NCBI GenBank assembly: GCA_963662285.2 | Contig: CAXXMV010000006.1 | Location: forward strand, 64,001-128,000 | DNA from: a bacterium | GTDB taxonomy: Bacteria > Hinthialibacterota > Hinthialibacteria > Hinthialibacterales > Hinthialibacteraceae | Length of the DNA stretch: 64,000 bases | Reading direction: 5' to 3' | Shown: piece after piece, positions 60,445 through 64,000 of the stretch | Layout of the letters: each line of letters starts with the position of its first letter | Position numbering within the stretch: the first letter of the stretch is position 1 | Position numbers and translations under genes: made by a program | The notes under the pieces: generated by a model | The model's database searches: none | Told to the model about the DNA's origin: nothing | The model's input: the letters and a program-made list of their open reading frames with translations, nothing else

Positions 60445-60623
60445 TGCCGTAAGACCTCAGGCTTTCAAACAGCTAATCACAGATGCCCAAAGTATTTGCG
60501 CATCAAAATCTTATGATTTGATAAAAATCCTAATTATCTATACTCACTACTACTGATAAAACGCACTTTATTTTGACAATTACTCTAGTACTCTGACCAA
60601 CTAATTATGTCGGGCGACCTCGT

Positions 60624-60658
60624 CCCCTCTCCCCACGGGAGAGGGTTAGGGTGAGGGG
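60624..60658 (+). repeat. CCCTCTCCC-type REP-like unit
   Basis: CCCCTCTCCCCACGGGAGAGGGTTAGGGTGAGGGG. Confidence 0.65.
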
Positions 60659-60700
60659 AAATTACAGAAAACCACCTGACAAAATAAACTGGTCGTACTA

Positions 60701-61513
60701 CTAAATCACAGAAATAAGCGTAATCAATGATGCGCCAAGTCCAAGCGCCAATTGCTTTACGCCTGTTCGAGCCAAAAGTTGATTAGCGGATAAAGTTATG
60801 GCTTCACCGCTATCCGTCGCTTTATCCGGTTGCGATCCGGCGGAAGTAAACGCCTTTAAGGCAATACCCAGATCGGCTGTTTGAGGTATAGCGGAAAGAG
60901 TCTTGCCAATTGGTTGACTCTTCTCTCTGGCATAATCAAAACCACTGCTGAAAGCCGACTTAGCGTAACCGGTTGCAGCGATAAGCACCTGCTTTTGCGC
61001 CTCATCGACGACAGGTTCTTCATTATCAAGGTCAATAGTAGGTTGATCATGGATATCGTCAGTGATTACTCCCTTACCTTTGCCTGTTTCAACATCAGAT
61101 TTGCCGTGGTCATTATTAATAGCAACCATCGTCGGTCCCTGATCCATGGGGGCTATCGACGAAAATACGCCGAAGATAATTAACAAGCCAGCCAAGCCAG
61201 CCAAAAGATTGCGCGGCATTAGCATCCAATCCCAGATGGAGATCGATTGTTTTCTATGGGTCTTCTCTTCTGTGATAAGCCGTTCGTGGATGCTGGTCAG
61301 GTTATTATTTAATAACTGATCGAACCGGTCATCGTCCAAATCAGAATCGAGAGCGCTTTCAAATCGCTTAAAAACATCCAGCATACGCTTATCGCTCTGG
61401 TTTTGTTCTAGTTGGGCTTCGATCTCAGCGCTTTTCTCTCGATCAAGCAGTCCATCGTAATAAAGCGAAAGATCGTGTAAATCCGGTTTCTGTTTTTGAT
61501 TCATGATGCTCAC
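60701..61513 (-). CDS. Putative transmembrane anti-sigma factor
   Basis: LSLYYDGLLD...IEAQL anti-sigma-like N-terminus (lacks HxxxCxxC), single TM, directly downstream of the ECF gene. Confidence 0.7.
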   Translation of the reverse strand: MSIMNQKQKPDLHDLSLYYDGLLDREKSAEIEAQLEQNQSDKRMLDVFKRFESALDSDLDDDRFDQLLNNNLTSIHERLITEEKTHRKQSISIWDWMLMPRNLLAGLAGLLIIFGVFSSIAPMDQGPTMVAINNDHGKSDVETGKGKGVITDDIHDQPTIDLDNEEPVVDEAQKQVLIAATGYAKSAFSSGFDYAREKSQPIGKTLSAIPQTADLGIALKAFTSAGSQPDKATDSGEAITLSANQLLARTGVKQLALGLGASLITLISVI

Positions 61514-61523
61514 CTTCGGCCGC

Positions 61524-62237
61524 TCAAAGGCTAATCGGGCCGTATTCTTCTTCCAATATAGGTTGCAAAATTTTCATTAATTTTTTTCTGGCTGCAAAAA
61601 GAGTCGTGCCAACGGTTTGTTCAGTGCTGTTCATCACTTCAGCGATTTCTCTGAGAGAGAAGCCTTTTACGCTGCGCAGGGTCATCGCCATACGCTGTTG
61701 TTTAGGCAAGGTTTCGATTGCACTCAATATTTTTTCCTGAACCCATGTTTCGCTCATTTTATCGTCCGGGCGCTGTGGTCCTTCCATATCGCTTGCATCC
61801 GCTAACGCCTGAAAAGCAGAATCCTGATGATCCATCGCCGTTACCCGTCCCGGTTTACGTTTCCTTAAGTAATCAATACTCAAATTGTTGGCCGTCGTAT
61901 ATAGCCAAGACTTTAAACTCTTGTCTTCTTTTAGTTTATCAAGCGAACGGTGCAATCTTACGAATGTTTCCTGCAACACGTCTTTGGCATCGAAATCGTC
62001 ACGAATCATTCTAAATATGAATACTAACAATGGTCGTTCATAACGTTTAACCAGGTTGTTGTATCCCCGGATATCGCCATCTTTCCACTGACGCAGCAAT
62101 GCCAAGTCAGTGGAGTTCGCCACCTCACTCATAGAGGATACGGCAGGGAATGATACAGCTGAGATTGCATTCATATCAGATTCTTCGGGATGATCCCCGT
62201 CGTTACTCCTAGAATGATCCGATTTTTTAGGTTTCAT
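61524..62237 (-). CDS. ECF RNA polymerase sigma factor
   Basis: DAKDVLQETF, SWLYTTANNLSIDYLRK, LPKQQRMA..GFSLREIAE. Confidence 0.93.
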   Translation of the reverse strand: MKPKKSDHSRSNDGDHPEESDMNAISAVSFPAVSSMSEVANSTDLALLRQWKDGDIRGYNNLVKRYERPLLVFIFRMIRDDFDAKDVLQETFVRLHRSLDKLKEDKSLKSWLYTTANNLSIDYLRKRKPGRVTAMDHQDSAFQALADASDMEGPQRPDDKMSETWVQEKILSAIETLPKQQRMAMTLRSVKGFSLREIAEVMNSTEQTVGTTLFAARKKLMKILQPILEEEYGPISL

Positions 62238-62309
62238 AATGATATACGAATGCTATCAAGATTATTTTTAATAATTTTAATAATTTTAATAAGTTCATAT
62301 TAAAATTAT

Positions 62310-63703
62310 GCCTCTTCAAAAAAATCTGTGGGTGAAATTTGGTTCTGGTAAATCGCCAAGTGTATGATATAAGGCGATTTCCAGCGCTTTGTAGGTTCGA
62401 AAACCGTACGCCATTTTGGTAGTCACTTTGGCCTTGTTGTTTAAGCCTTCCACCACTCCAGAAGAAAACTCCTTTTTCGCCCGAAACCAGTTCAAAATCA
62501 GTTCGCGATGGTTGCGCAGCATCTTGGCCACTTTCTTCATTGGTTCGATTCGCGAGCGCATGGTTTTAGTACACCACTGATCCATGAAGCGTCCAGCCCA
62601 CCATGCTGATTTATATTCCCAGAAAAATTGAAATTCCTCTTTGAGAAGATAACTTCTCACCGTGCGCAGATTATATCGAACCACGTTGGCTAATTTATCG
62701 ACCTGCTTGACTGTCAAATTATCCGGGTCGTTTCAGAAACCACCAGCGACTTCCTTTTAATACCGGTTCTAATCCCTTGGCCTTCAATTCACGGGATTCT
62801 CCAGCGCGGACTTGATCTATGGCTTTGTTCATATGAGCCATGATGTGAAACCGATCCAATACATTCAGCGCGCTTTTGGCTTTTTTGCGAATGACTTTGA
62901 GATAAGCTTTCCACATATCACTGCACACAAATTCCAATTTTTTTGAACGTTCTTCCCCGAACCATCTGAAGAATTTCAACAGTGTTTTGATCTTTCTTTT
63001 TTCCCCGATCCACAGCAGCCGTTTGCAATTCTCATTGATTTGATATACCACTGTCACATACTGATGTCCGCCGCCCCATTGCATTTCATCGATTCCAATG
63101 GCGGTGATTCCTTCCAGGTTCACATGCTGGCGGCCCCATTCTACCGCCCGTTCAACCGAATGAAAAAACATTGTACCAACTTGTTTGAAATGCTTCCGCC
63201 ACTTGGCTCCAACTCATCCGCTTGGCCCAGCTCGCCAAGAACCATTGATAGATATGCGTTAATTCATGTTTACCATCGGCCCAAGGTACCTTTTCAACTT
63301 TCACTCCCACAGCGGTGACAATTCACGCGGCGCATGGCATAGATCAGGAATACGGTTAATCCCCATATCGGGATAAACTCAAATCGGCGCGCATCTAATC
63401 TGTCATAACCTGATCCTTTTTCTCCGCAGCATGAACATATCGGGCGGCTTTTGACATGAGCACGGACTTTTACCTCTATGGATGTTTTACCATTCCATTC
63501 ACCAAATTTGCTAGAAGCATATACATACCCCTTGATTTTATGAACACGATTGAGGATTCTAATGACATCCATCCGGTTTCCTCCTGGTTGATGATTTTTC
63601 GCTGATTTCATTCTTTCAGGATAAGAGACCGGATGTCTTTTTTATACCTCTACTATTCGAAGTATTTTTGCTATCATTCACCCACAGATTTCTTTATAGA
63701 ACC
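62310..63703 (-). mobile_element. ISL3-family insertion sequence (decayed)
   Basis: 27-bp TIRs 22/27 identical (..AAATCTGTGGGTGAA); 8-bp target duplication AAAATTAT/AAAACTAT. Confidence 0.9.
62316..63572 (-). pseudogene. ISL3 transposase, frameshifted into three pieces
   Basis: CxCC..RRVNCHRCG zinc ribbon, IGIDE, CSDMWKAY, DRFHI, VEGLNNKAK...AYGFR spread across ORFs 63294, 62719 and 62316. Confidence 0.9.
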
Positions 63704-64000
63704 AAAACTATTAATTTCTTTGAAAGAAATATTGTATTTATACGTATCATTATATAATTACGCTGAAATTCTTGAATGAAAATCATTCATAAACGTCTAT
63801 TTCAGTGGATATTATTTCAATAATACGATAATAATACATTTAAGAACGAATTTTCAGTTTTTATAAAGGTTTTTAAAAAAGTTTTTATCAAATTACTCTA
63901 CCTGACATTTATTGTGTAAAAAATTATGGAATCAAAACTGGCGCTGCAAATATCAAACCTATCCGTATATTTAGCTTCAAAAGAAATTTTGAAAAATGTT

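Overview
AT-rich bacterial chromosomal window that includes dnaA and a probable replication origin. The mix of a stand-alone type II/IV pilin-like gene, many secreted modular proteins and a microcompartment cassette suggests an uncultured diderm lineage, possibly Sumerlaeota/Hinthialibacterota (OLB16)-like; this is inference only. Left to right: a riboflavin operon (ribD-ribE-ribBA-ribH-nusB); PurS-like, GNAT, K+ channel, ABC exporter and ppk2 genes; a four-gene bacterial microcompartment (BMC) cassette; a TPR gene plus two paralogous unknown membrane proteins; an anaerobic sulfatase maturase; a degenerate GGDEF-RHH protein; a signalling block of three histidine kinases, a NarL-type regulator and a relic Hpt; sugar isomerase, symporter and kinase genes; oriC-dnaA; GlmU-like, STAS and spermidine-synthase-like genes; an ECF sigma/anti-sigma pair; and a decayed ISL3. 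The best candidate for a new system is four unrelated signal-peptide proteins that all end in the same ~10-residue motif ([GS][LV]x(0,1)[NH]W[DES]L[YH]-COOH), a probable lineage-specific C-terminal sorting or secretion signal. There are also at least four dispersed repeat families (MITE/REP-like) and two ORF-free candidate sRNAs bounded by a promoter and a terminator. No tRNA, rRNA or CRISPR array was seen.
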